This document shows, one piece after another, positions 35,330 through 47,485 of a DNA stretch of 64,000 nt (positions are counted from its first letter, which is position 1; every line of letters starts with the position of its first letter). The stretch lies in NCBI GenBank assembly GCA_030704615.1, contig CM060734.1, forward strand, positions 620,001-684,000, in the 5' to 3' direction. Source of the DNA: Takakia lepidozioides. Lineage: Eukaryota; Plantae; Bryophyta. The translations under genes and the position numbers were made by a program. The notes under the pieces were generated by a model. That model was not told the DNA's origin and did no database searches. It was given only the letters and a program-made list of their open reading frames with translations.

Positions 35330-36350
35330 ACATGGAAATGCGGTGCTCCATTTCCATTTTGGAATGGATGTTTGTCCAATTCCAGACCCTTCAACGGAAA
35401 TGCGGCACCGCATTCCATTGTCCAATACGAAATTTCGATGACGGACATGAAAATGCGGTGCCGCATTTCTATTTTGGAGATGGATGTTTGTCCAATTCCA
35501 GACTCTTCGACGAAAATGCGGGACCGCATTCCATTGTCCAATACGAAATTTCTATGACGGACATGGAAATGCGGTGCCACATTTCCAGAACGGACATCGT
35601 TGTTAGTCCAATCCCAGACCCTTCGACGGAAATGCGGCACCACATTCCATCGTGCTGGATGGAAATGCGGTGCCGCATTCCATTGTCCAATACGAAATTT
35701 CGATGATGGACATGGAAATGCGGTGCCGCATTTCCATTTTGGAGATGGATGTTTGTCCAATTCCAGACCCTTCAATGGAAATGTGGTGCCGCATTCCATT
35801 GTCCAATACGAAATTTTGATGACGGACATGGAAATGCGGTGCCGCATTCCATTGTCCAAAACGAAATTTCGATGACGGACATGGAAATGCGGTGCCGCAT
35901 TTCCATTTTGGAGATGGATGTTTGTCCAATTCCAGACCCTTCGACGGAAATGCGGTGCCGCATTCCATTGTCCAATACGAAATTTCGATGACGGACATGG
36001 AAATGCGGTGCCGCATTTCCAAAACGGACATCGTTGTTTGTCCAATTCCAGACCCTTCGACGGAAATGCGGTGCCGCATTCCATTGTCCAATACGAAATT
36101 TTGATGACGGACATGGAAATGCAGTGCCGCATTTCCAGAACGGACATGGACATGCATTGGCGACATGCTTGGACAATTCAAGGTTGAATATGGAAATGCG
36201 GTGCCACATTTGGAATTCGAAGTATGGAAATGTCATGTCAAGAAAGGAAATGCGGTACCGCATTTCCGTTACGACCACAACGGAGGAGTGGGAGCTGCCG
36301 GAAATCGTTGCATGGAAAAAAATGAAATACGGTGCCGCATTTCCGAGCTT
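35330..36350. repeat. Array of ~18 copies of the 22-bp palindrome GGAAATGCGG-TG-CCGCATT(T)CC, mostly with 53/63-bp spacing
   Basis: Copies at 35714, 35777, 35830, 35883, 35946, 35999, 36062 and 36115, among others. Confidence 0.96.
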
Positions 36351-36653
36351 GGGCATGTACATGTTTCGTTTTACTCATAGATGGATTTCCTTCACCTCAG
36401 GACTCTAGTATCACTGACTCTGATATATTGATGTGGACAGACACATTGCAGAAATGAGACCACAAATTGTAAATAGTGGGCCAATTAGATATAAAAATTC
36501 GTTCTTTATGTAGGTCTACTTTGTCCCACAGGCCCTGGGGTCGCCCTTTGGACAACACACAGAAGTGAGGGACGATGAGTTGTTTTATTGATCAAACACG
36601 GTGTGTCACATTTAGCAACTCCAAACAAATCTAAGCTCTTCCGCCTTCCGCCT

Positions 36654-37220
36654 TCACCAAGTCGACGGAACTTCGATAGCCCTCAAAACAAACTCATTAC
36701 TAACGTGGCACTTCCAGGTAAACTGCAATGCGGTCGTTCTGGTTCCCTTGGTGGAGCTAACGACAATGTCATGCCCATCAATGATACCACCATCATACAT
36801 TGACAAGGTCACTGTGGGCCTCATGTGCCCATGCGATTCGTCTTCGCAACTCAGCTGAATGTCTCCATACACTAGAAGAGCGGAGTGAACTCCACAAATA
36901 TAGTTTTCCCCGGTGCCGTCCTCCCTGGTCCACTGGCAGCAGTTCTAACGCCAAAGCGAGGCCGTGCGTGATCTGTCCGGCATCCCATTCCAACTTGGTA
37001 TATCGAGGTCAACAATTTTCAGGACCCACGGACCGCATTGACCCTCGCCCTCACCTCGCTCAAACTGGTAATACTCCATTACGCGCAAAGACTCCCGCTT
37101 GACTCTTGAAGCGTCAGTGAAAACAGAGAGCCACACAATGATGTCTCCTGATTTTGGTTTGAACATCGCATAATTGTGGCCATGATAAGGGCAGTCAGCA
37201 GGATTGCGGCGGCACGGCAT
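36654..37220 (-). pseudogene. Unknown ~188-aa protein, paralog A, with one TAG at 36945-36947
   Basis: Same-frame ORFs 36945-37220 and 36654-36872; aligns end to end with 37784-38347. Confidence 0.75.
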
Positions 37221-37783
37221 CCTTGCAAAAGATTAGCGGAGTACGCTCAATGACAGCAGCTCCCGGATGAAGGAGGCAGCAGCGCGGTGGCTGGAAGTTC
37301 AAGGACATGACAATGTGTTTGCAAATGCTGCAATTCCTCACTAACACTCCAAGGCACATTTAAATTTCCCCCCTACAGGAACTTGCACGGATGAAGATTG
37401 GCTGCTCCATGAATGTAGCCGTTTCAGTTTCCTTCCGTGCCATGCAAACTATGGGCCGTAAGTGCCAGATGGGCCTATAGCCACTCGAGATGACGAAGTC
37501 CATCCCCCCTTCGATGTAAATGTGGCGCCAAATTTCCATCCGGGGGATGGACTTTCATCGTGTAACGTGTTCATCACGCCAGCGGTGGATGAACCGCTAC
37601 CTCTTTCTCATCCACGGGGAATAGTTTGTAATCTGCCACGGGTACGTGGGACCCAGATGCTCCATTATTGGAGCCCGCACTGCTCTTCCGCTTCTCATCA
37701 TTTCGAAAATCAAAGGGCTTCGTTGTTGCTGCAAGGTCATTGTCATCGGCATCAAACACGTCCTCAGGACCTCCTTTGCAAGG

Positions 37784-38347
37784 ATGTCGTGCTTCCGGAA
37801 CCGGGACGACTGCCCTTATGGAGGCTTCGATTATGCAATGTATTCGGCCTCATCGGGAGACATCGTTATCTGGCACACAGTTTACACAGAAGATAGTGGG
37901 GCGAATGTGGAAACATTGTCAGCTTTTGAGTATATCCCAGGCCACTACACCTTCGAGCGGGGTGACGATCTTGGTCTGAGGAGTCTGTGGCTCCTACGCA
38001 TCCTTGATTCCGATTTCCCCAGCTACGATGGGCACCCATGCAGAAGAATGCGCACTGCTATGCTGTTGCGTTGGAACCGTTGCCAGTGGACGTGGGTGGA
38101 CTCCATCGGAGAGACGTATACTCCTGAAGGAGTGCGCTCCTCTTCTCCATTGTATGGGGACATTCGCATTGGTGTGGACGACGAAAACGTGAAGCTTTCC
38201 ATATTCGATGGTGGTATGATTGAAGGGCACAACATTGTGGTGAGCATCAACAGGGGCGGTACAACGGCTGCAATCCAGTTTACCTAGAGGAGCCCGATGA
38301 CTCATGAGCTAGTTTTCAGAGCAGTCGAAGTCCCATTGACAACGTGA
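37784..38347 (+). pseudogene. Unknown ~187-aa protein, paralog B, with one TAG at 38285-38287
   Basis: Shares DCPY.G..YAM....SGDI..W, FERG, CQWT, YGDI, LS..DGG.I.GH.IVVS, A.QFT and RA.EVP with paralog A. Confidence 0.75.
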
Positions 38348-39124
38348 CTTGTATTCAGAAGGCATAGGGCTATAGATTTGTTTGCACCATCAGCACAGTA
38401 GACGTGTTTCGAATGCAATTCATGTGGATCAATAAAAACCCCATTGTGCCCTCTTTATTGTTCTATTCTGTATCCATCGTTCCCAGAATGCATCATTCCT
38501 CATTTCGTTTGGGATTGGGAGTGGAGGTGGATTTTGCAAGTGGCTGGTAGGCTGAAATGGGCCCCCATTGTACAGAGCAGTACCACCCTACCATTCGCGA
38601 AACATTGCCTTTCAATATGTAATTCTAAAAAACATTGCCGAACCTCCTTCATCGGGAGGTCCTTCTCCCCCTATGACCGTGACACCCTCAACCCTATTCC
38701 CGCGGACACTCATTTCCGGAAAATAGTCCAGCTCATGTTTTTTTCGACACTTACGACTCTGCTCATGGCTCATGCCGTTCATGGCTCATGGCTCATGAAA
38801 TAGCAGTCCCCGACAGCATGCATTCGAGTGAGAGTCATGAAGTCATATGTGCGTCTAGCAATTTGCACACGTCATTCCAGTGTAGTGGTGTCCGTGACTA
38901 GTAGTCATATCCGCCATGCCAATATTCGTGGTCAAACATGTTTGACCTCTGTTGAGCAGAGTCTGGAGTCATGCAGTTGCATATATGACTTCTCCATATC
39001 TACGTGTCAACTGCAAAGGCTTTTACGACTGCATATGGCATTTCTGCCACAAATCTGCCATGACTGCGCACAAATGGCAGTCATGAAAGCCACAATCTGT
39101 TGTAAGGATTCCTCACATACTTTC

Positions 39125-39255
39125 GGTAGTAAGAGGCGAGTCCCAGAAAGGATCGCACTCCCGCGACCGAAGTCGGAGGTTCCCAGTCCAAGATTGCCCT
39201 CACCTTTCTATCATCGCAAGAACTTCACTTTTGTGACCCCAAATTCGCACTTTGT
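39125..39255 (-). mobile_element. Small gypsy RT fragment related to the chromovirus at 2326-9353
   Basis: aaggatcgcactc..gaccgaagtcg..ggttcccagtccaag..gccctcacctttc resembles 5963-6030. Confidence 0.7.
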
Positions 39256-40029
39256 TGCAGGGGAGAGGGAAGAGCTGAAGGCGGAGGTCTTTTGCAAGGG
39301 GCCATGTGGCAGCTGTAGCCCACCTCGAGAAGTGTGCGGAATCAACACACAAGTGGGGCCCCGGCGGAAGCAAGAGTTTTGTCACCCGATTCATAAGTGT
39401 TCTTTCTCTTGTCATACCCATTCTTTTTTTTTAGCTTCTCCCTTCCATCATGAATTCTGACCTGTCATTGCATTTGTATGCCATGTGCAGAAAAAGAAGT
39501 TTCAGAGGCCTCCCTCCGCCATCGAGCACAACTTTTGCAAGACTCAGGGGTGGAAGGCCCTTGTAGCCTCAATGGCCAAGGCGCCCGATAGTACATCTGT
39601 AGGGGTGGGGATGGGTAGTTCAGTGGCTCGGCCGGATGGGGGAGAGCCAGTAGTAGGGGGTGGTTCGAAGGATGATGTAATCTCGGACTCCGCCTCATCA
39701 TCCTCCAAATTGGAGGCCCAGCGTAGCTTGCATTCCTCGGACGAGTACACCTATGAGTCAGGTGATGAGGAGTGAGGGATGGTTCCCAGTTAGAGACATG
39801 TACAGGTAGTACTCGCTTTATGTATATATTTTTTCAGTTGCCATTTCGATCCTCATTCTAACCTTAATGGATATGTGGATTTGGTGGGTCGACCTATAGA
39901 TTAGAATGCATGCAATTGTTGCAAGCACGAGGCACACCCCAACCCCCGAGAAAACCCCACACCCAACCCCCCCCCCCCCAAACGAAAAAAAAACCCCCAA
40001 ATACCAGCTGGCTACCCTCCCACCCACCC

Positions 40030-40770
40030 CCCTTTCCCAGCGACGCCTTTGCGACGGCCCCGGGTGACCAGCAACGCGCTAGCGATTCCCAGGCGTCGCA
40101 ACAGAACCACCCCATCGTGGAGCTAGCGACGCCGCCCAGGGGCTGCGTCGTTGGTGCGACTCTCGGGAGTCGCATAAGAATGTGCCCTCCCCTGGAGCTA
40201 GCGACGGCCCCCGGTTTGTTGGCGACGTCCGTGCGATTCCCGGGCGTTGCCAGCAAACCTCCCTACCCATGGTTGACTAGCAACGCTCGCACATGTTAGC
40301 GTCGGCATTGCGATTCTCGGGCGTCACCAAGCCCCTAGGCAGATTAGACCCCATCTCGATGTCCTGGCGTTGCAGAGCGGGGGCTTTAATGTCCCACGGT
40401 GCGACGTGCCGGTGACGCCGTCGCGTGGCTATTTCTGGAGATGGGCGACGTCTTTGCGACTGCCCCACGACGCAAGGGGAGGAATGGACCCCCCCTCTTT
40501 GCCCTTAGTTGTGACTCCCGGGAGTCGTAATATTGCGACGCCCCGGAGGGGTGGCGACATTCCGCCGTCGCTGGTCGTGGCCAGGGGGATTAGCGATTCC
40601 CCTAGGTCGCTATTTTGTGACGTTCCGGGAGCGACGTCGGACCGATGTGGGTGCGCCAACGTCACAATTTGCCCCCGAGGCGCCCCGAGCGCTGTAGTGT
40701 ATTTCCGTCGCTAAGCGCGGCGTTTGGAGGTCGCTGAGGCATCGCTAACCCCTCCCAAAACGTAGTAGTG
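40030..40770. mobile_element. CACTA (En/Spm) transposon end with subterminal repeats
   Basis: Ends ...AAAACGTAGTAGTG (reverse complement CACTACTACGTTTT) at 40770, preceded by many GCGAC/GTCGC repeats; partner end not found. Confidence 0.65.
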
Positions 40771-41789
40771 ACTACCAGTCAATTCTCATCCCCCATTGGG
40801 AAGGTGGGAGCGTTCCACACCTCATGTTCCCTCCTCATGCTCCCCACCTTTAGGACCATGTTCCCAAACATTCTCCAATTTTGCTCCCCTATTCCCGCTT
40901 CCCGATCCCTACTCCCCATAGCTCCCCCATAGTGGGACAGGGGAGTAAGGAGGGGAGCGGGGATCGAAAACAAGGGAGCAAGCCGCGTTCTAGAGGACGA
41001 GGGGGAACGGGGACAGGGGAGCGGGATGCGTTCCACATGGTGAGGAGGGGAGCGGGGACCGGGAACAGGGATAGGGGAGCGGGACTGGGAACAAGAAGGG
41101 GAGCAGGGAGTGGATACTAGGAACAGGAGAGCGGAGCGGGGATCTTGGACTCATAATTATTTTGGAGATGAAAAAATACATTAATCAATCACATATGTAA
41201 CCAAGCACTAAATGGGCTTTGACTGCCGCGAATTGATCCTCAACCCTCACCATTATAATGCATATCTCCTAGCCACCATGCTACCATGTGCTTATTGCCA
41301 AACCTTCATTTTTTAATCCTTTATTCTAGAACATAGGCTCGCAGGTGAGAGGGGAGCAGCGGGGGGGGGGGGGGATTTGACAGTGCGCCCCGCCGGAACA
41401 TCACCGGTACGGACATCCCCCGTGACCGTACCGGCGAGGCTCCCATGCTTGCATTCAACTCGTTGGGTGCGCATAGTCTAACAAGGCCCATCTAAGCCCA
41501 AGTGCAATCTCCTATGTATCCAAGTGCTTCTCCCACTTAGAGGCCCAAGTGCGCGGCCCCGTTCATTCTCGGTGGATGTACTACCTTGAGCGATACATGA
41601 AGACTTTGAAAGCACATGTAAGACAAATGGCGCACCCAGAGGGTAGCATGGCGGAGCTCCAATATCATTCCAACACTTAATTTTGTAATTTAGTTGAATT
41701 TTCAGCAACCAAAATTATTCATAATTCTATAATTTTCTATAATTGTTTATAATTCCATAAGTCTCGGCCCGTAGGCCCAAATTTTGTGA

Positions 41790-42180
41790 AACCAAGTAGG
41801 TGCACCCCTACTCATCAAGGGCTTCCAGCGGTACTAAAATCGTGGCCAAAGGCCCCGCGGTTTGGGAGATCTCAATGACCCTACAAATAATACAAACAAT
41901 ACTGTGACCGCCAATATTAAAAAAAAACCCAATTTATTACATCCACGTGCACAAAAGACAAATGAAGGGCCAATCATTACTCCAAGAAAGCCCACTTTGC
42001 TATTTTTCACGAATTTCCAGCGACCAAAAGTACTTGTAATTCGATATCTCCCACACCGCCCAAAAATTATGAGACTAAGCCGGTGCACCCCTCCTCATTG
42101 AGGGGTTTCCAACGGCACCAAGCACCAGGGCTGGGGCCCGCAGTTTGGGAGATCTCAACGACGCTACAAAACAAAACAAA
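41790..42180. repeat. Two diverged copies of an ~80-bp interspersed repeat
   Basis: ggtgcacccct.ctcat..aggg.ttcca.cgg...gtttgggagatctcaa at ~41799 and ~42082. Confidence 0.75.
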
Positions 42181-44239
42181 CTACCTTGCTTCATATATTG
42201 ATGAAGCAATAAAGAAATCAAACTATTATTTATATCCGCTCTAAAGATTAACCTATATCCACGAGTTCCAGTTGCACATCTATGAGGAGTTGTGCAAGTA
42301 TATTGAATACACGCAAGGTAAACCCTTGCCGAGACCCAAGCTTGAACTAGACACTCCTTCGGATTTTTGGGTTAAGAAGTTCGAAGAGGAGGCGGCTGAA
42401 GAAACAGCCAAAGTGTGTACCACCAAAGCTCAGAAGTGTGAGCAGCAATGGAAGATTGTTGAGGTGCTTCTAGTTTATCTCACATTCGATTAATTTGAGG
42501 AAGTTAATAGATGGAAATTTGAACCCTTGCCATGTGAGAGGGGGATGCGCGGCCCTCTATAACCGGGGTCGCAAGTTGGCAAGAACAAGGCAGGGCGCCC
42601 CCCTTTGATGAATTCCCATAGATGCAAGGGGCTAGGTTTGGTGGGAGGAAAGAAGTTTTCTAGCTCATAGCCCACTTCCCTGGTCATACTAAACTGAGGA
42701 ATGCCTACTTCGGCCCAACTCAAGAATTCGCCAGCACACGTATGTAGCTGAATGACGTCCAATTGTAGCTTGCGGGCGACTTCATCAGCATGCAAGACCT
42801 GCAATAATCTACGGCCAGCCCATGCATCCTATAACGCCCTGTCGGACATTGTGCTGTCACGCTTAATTCTGCAGCAAGGCTGCACTTCGACCTATGACCT
42901 CTAATTATGACTCTGCTCGCCTTCATCACTACACCCTCTCAAACACTATTTAGATTGAGCACTATACATTGCTGCCTAATTTTTTCGTTATTGCTCATTG
43001 CTCATCTAGACTAACACTCACTTTGTATAACAATCAATCTGCCATTCCAAATCACTCAGGTTCACTTGTCTTGCTTTCAGCCGCCTCACCTCATTGTCCA
43101 GGCAAAATGTTAAATGAGCAGCTTGTTGCTTACCCCTCACGCTCCAAGTGCTTTGTGCTCTGGATCATTACCACGAAAAATCACCACTTAAAATCACCAT
43201 AACATCAGTAACTCTCACTTCATAAGTGCACTCGTTGCTTTCCTGCTGGCCCGTCAAGGGCCTAGGGCCAACATCTCGTCTCATTTCTATTATGTGGTTC
43301 TCACATGTTTCATCATGCGGGATGAGTTCTCTCTCTCGTGTCTCTAGGTTTGTCCCTCGCCTTCTTTGGCGTGTTTGCTTAGGGGTTTATTTTTCCTATT
43401 CATTAACAAACGGCTCGTCACGTAATGGCTCCTCGTCATGGTGACTACCTATTAGAGTATTATGATGATGATATATGTTGGTAGCAAGGAATGTAATTAG
43501 GTAATTTAAAAGCAATAAGTACATGATGTTTATGGTCCATGCAATATGCTTTTGTAATGCCACATATGCAGTGTTGATGATGTGCATATTGTCCAAACAT
43601 GGTCTAGTTGAGATCCATAAATAGTAGTATTAATTGGAAATTGGAGTTGCATGTGAAAAGAAAAACATGAATTTTTGCAATTGATTTGTTGTTACGGTAT
43701 TATTTTGTAAAAGATCTACATTAAAGTCCCCTATTATTATCGTTGGGCATGTATGTGGGATGGTATCAATGAGCTTTTTGGAAGAAGATAAGAAAATAGT
43801 AAATTGTAGTGTTGGAGGTTTATAGACCGCAATAATATGAATTGTTTTTTGGTATTCAAATTAAATATTGCAGCTATATATTTCAGATTCCCGCTTAGCG
43901 GTTTTTTTAAGAAATTTCAGATCGAGTGGCTACAGAGTTTAATAGCCGTACATTCTGTTCATCCACTGACATTCATCCAAATCTCTACTGTAATCCATTT
44001 GTATCATCCATGTTTTGTGAATCCATCCATAATTTATCTTTTATTTGGAGAAGTTTGGCGATTTCATCCATGAAAAAATAGGGAATTTGTTACAGAATAT
44101 TCCATTTTATTCTTGAGGTCAAAATCTGATAAAATTTGCCAATAAAAAAAATGCAAGGTTAAAATATATATGTATATATATATATATAGTCCAACTCTTT
44201 TTTATTTTTTACCTCTTATAACAGGAAGGTGGACACCTT

Positions 44240-44320
44240 CATGACACACCAGATGGTGGTTTAAACCCACAACCACATCCAACGTGGTATGTGCCCATTA
44301 CCACTGGGCTACATGCTGGT
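44240..44320 (-). mobile_element. tRNA-derived SINE head remnant
   Basis: Minus strand has A-box-like TAGCCCAGTGG and B-box-like GGTTTAAACC; no cloverleaf. Confidence 0.45.
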
Positions 44321-44344
44321 TGTCAATATCAACAGATGTGAAAT

Positions 44345-45110
44345 GGTATATAAATTGATGGATCTAAAGGGACCTGAAGGAATCTAAGATCTGAAAAAAA
44401 CTACGAGTTTTGAAATTTTGAAAAAATATAGAAATTACTAGACTGCAAAAAATTCTTTAATAATTAAATAATTAAAATAAAATAAACACTTACATTCGCT
44501 TACATATAGATACATAACAAATTTAAGAAGAATTGGAGATTACTAAATATGAGTATTGTTTTATAAAATAAATGTATTGACTAATTACAATTTTTTTTTC
44601 AATGATATGCAACAATTTCAAGAAGATAACAACAATTCAACAACAAAATGAATTTATAATATATAATATAATTATATTAACTTCAAAAGATTGAAAATAT
44701 CTATATGATAAAGACTTAATATATTGGAATTAAATTAATTTTCTTAAAAACAAAATTAGCACTTAATCTGCGACTCAATTGTTTTTAAGAAAATTAATTC
44801 TTCATTTGTATAGTATAAATTGATGGATCTAAAGGCACCTAAAGGGATATGAGATATGAAAAACTAAAGGTTTTGAAAAAATCTGGGTATTATTAAATTG
44901 GAAAAATTATTTAATGATTAAATATCTAAATAATAAAATACCTACATTCATCTTTTAAAATATATATAATAAATTTAAATTTTTTGAAGATTGATAAATA
45001 TGAGTACTTTATTTAAATTTATTAATTAATTACGGTTTTTTTCAATGATATCTAACAACTTCAAAAAGATATCAACAAATCAACAACGAAATGAATGATA
45101 ATATAAAACA
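44345..45110. repeat. AT-rich diverged direct duplication (~465 bp offset)
   Basis: tataaattgatggatctaaagg at ~44349 and ~44815 with colinear downstream similarity. Confidence 0.8.
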
Positions 45111-46956
45111 TATCTTCATTTACAATCGACATTTAAACTAAAATGACGACATTTAAAATATTTTGAAATGTAATAGTGAACCACCAACAATGTCAAAGTT
45201 AATTTTATGTTTAATGTTTTGATTCAATGGTAGCAACTAAAATAGATGAAACTAATTTGAATCAAACTATCTAAGCTGCATCATAACCTGTAATCTCAGA
45301 GAAGGGACTAAGTGCAAATGTGCTTCTCAATTGAATTTTTCGAGAGCCGACCAACTAAATAAAAATTCAGACTCTATATTCATGAAACCAAACTTGTATC
45401 ATTGTGAATCGGAAGGAAGCTAACTAAAAGTAGAACTTTAAAATCACAATCTCAAATCCGCACTTTCAAATCTGTCATCTTGTAAAATCAAAAACATAGG
45501 ATTAGACCTTACAATCTAGATGTAGACCAATGCCGTCGGCAACTTCCCGTAACTGTACTTCTGCCCTCGCCTCCTACTTTCAGTCATCATTAGAATTACT
45601 ACTGGGAGAGCAGAAATTCCAAAAGGCCTACCGAACATCTTTTTCAAGATAAATTAATTATTCCGGCAAGGCCCCGACGACCATCATGGGCAGTTACGGT
45701 AGTATAACTCACATAGATATTGTCTATGTGTGAACTCAATTTATCGCCCTCATCATGGGGGGTTTTGTTTCTTCCTCACTTGTGCCGGAGTGGTTTTTCC
45801 TTTGCGGTTCCGAATTGGTCCCCTTGTACTCCTTATGGCCTATGAGGTTAATTTTTCTTGTTTTGTTTTGTTTTGTTTTAATTTAATTTTATATAAATAA
45901 AGGGCACATAACTCTGTTAATCAAATTAGAAAAACCGAGAAAAAATAACTTTGACATGGCCATAAGGCAGAACAATCAGGGGAACCTCCCAAAACGTTCA
46001 CAATGGGCAGCTAGTAACACATATGGTTCACTGTTTGAACCAATTTATCAGAAATACCAAGATAAAATATTACCTGAGTGTGCCATCTAAAAGCCAACCA
46101 TCATAGCAAAAAATAGGGGGGAAGGGGTGAGAGAAGAAACGAGGAACTATTTCTTCCTACGCAAAGGCTCGAAATTAAGGTGTGCCTTTATTTTTGAATT
46201 CCTATTCTTTCAGTGGTTCCAATTGATGTCCTTATCCGCGACAAGGGGGGAAGGCCAGGGAGAGGGCAGGTCACTAGCAATTGGGGATGGAAGACTTGAA
46301 GATGCAAGAATCACTTGACCTAAAGCAGCACGAGATGCTCCTCCATGCCCACGTGGAGTCGAACTCCTGCAGAAGTTGGAGTCTTCTCTCCTCATAGCAT
46401 CTGCGAATAGCTGTCCCAACAACACCCCAAGCCTTCCTTCTCTTGATGACCCTTATTCAGCTCAACTGTTCCATTAATTAATATATCTATGGTTCATCTT
46501 TGCATCTTTTATTGGGGCCTTGCGGGTGGAGAGCCCACTAAAGTAGGTACTAACTTAGTAAGTAGTAAGAGGCAGGAAGGAGAGCACTCTTCCTTTTTAT
46601 ATACCCTCTCAAGGCGGCAGCCCCCACCCCCATCAAGCGGTGGGGGACCTTTCTAGAAGGTTGCCCCACACATGTCACCAGAAACCACCAGCTGACAGTG
46701 CTCCCCCACACATGTCACCCCTAGAAACCACCACTTGACACCTGGACTTTGCATACCCCAATTTGGCGCCTGAACCATCCGCCACTTAATAGCTGTTGCC
46801 TCCCTACCCTCTTTCTTTGGACCCCCTTACAAAGGGGTTATTTCTTCAAATCCTTGTGCAGCGTACAATATATCTCCCCTTTTTAGTTCCTAGGCCACCC
46901 ACTAGTGGACAGGCCCAGGAAACTTGGGGGGCTTAATCTCTCGATCAGGAGATTTG

Positions 46957-47485
46957 TCACAATGTCGGAATTGAATGAGGGCAGTTGGTATGGGTAGCTA
47001 GTTTGATCATGGATACTCTCTACTTGAAAGAATTGCAAAATATTTTTTTGTGGTGAAATGGGAGCACCTGGTATGGGGCTGGCCATTTTGAACAACCTCT
47101 ATGCTAACCATTTGTGTGTTCATTGGAAAAACAGGTGCCAATCTTCACAATGTCGGAATTGAATGAGGGCAGTTGGTATGGGTAGCTAGTTTGATCATGG
47201 ATACTCTCTACTTGAAAGAATTGCAAAATATTTTTTTGTGGTGAAATGGGAGCACCTGGTATGGGGCTGGCCATTTTGAACAACCTCTATGCTAACCATT
47301 TGTGTGTTCATTGGAAAAACAGGTGCCAATCTTCACAATGTCGGAATTGAATGAGGGCAGTTGGTATGGGTAGCTAGCTTCTCATGGATACTCTCTACTT
47401 GAAAGAATTGCAAAATATTTTTTTGTGGTGAAATGGGAGCACCTGGTACGGGGCTGGCCATTTTGACCAACCTGTCTGCTAACCA
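46957..47485. repeat. 188-bp tandem repeat, ~2.8 copies
   Basis: tcacaatgtcggaattgaatgagggcag at 46957, 47145 and 47333; the first two units look identical. Confidence 0.95.

Larger units (their letters stand above)
24161..38811. mobile_element. Candidate large TIR-bounded element carrying cargo genes and two palindrome arrays
   Basis: 24161-24182 GGGGGGTGCTATTCCGTGAGCC versus the reverse complement of 38790-38811 GGGGACTGCTATTTCATGAGCC (18/22); subterminal (G/A)TGAGCC repeats at both ends. No TSD or transposase seen. Confidence 0.45.

Noticed and set aside
35299-36408. Long repetitive ORFs on both strands
   Set aside because: By-products of the palindrome array; overlapping in many frames.
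42272-42929. Short protein-like ORFs
   Set aside because: No family motif or splice-consistent model could be supported.
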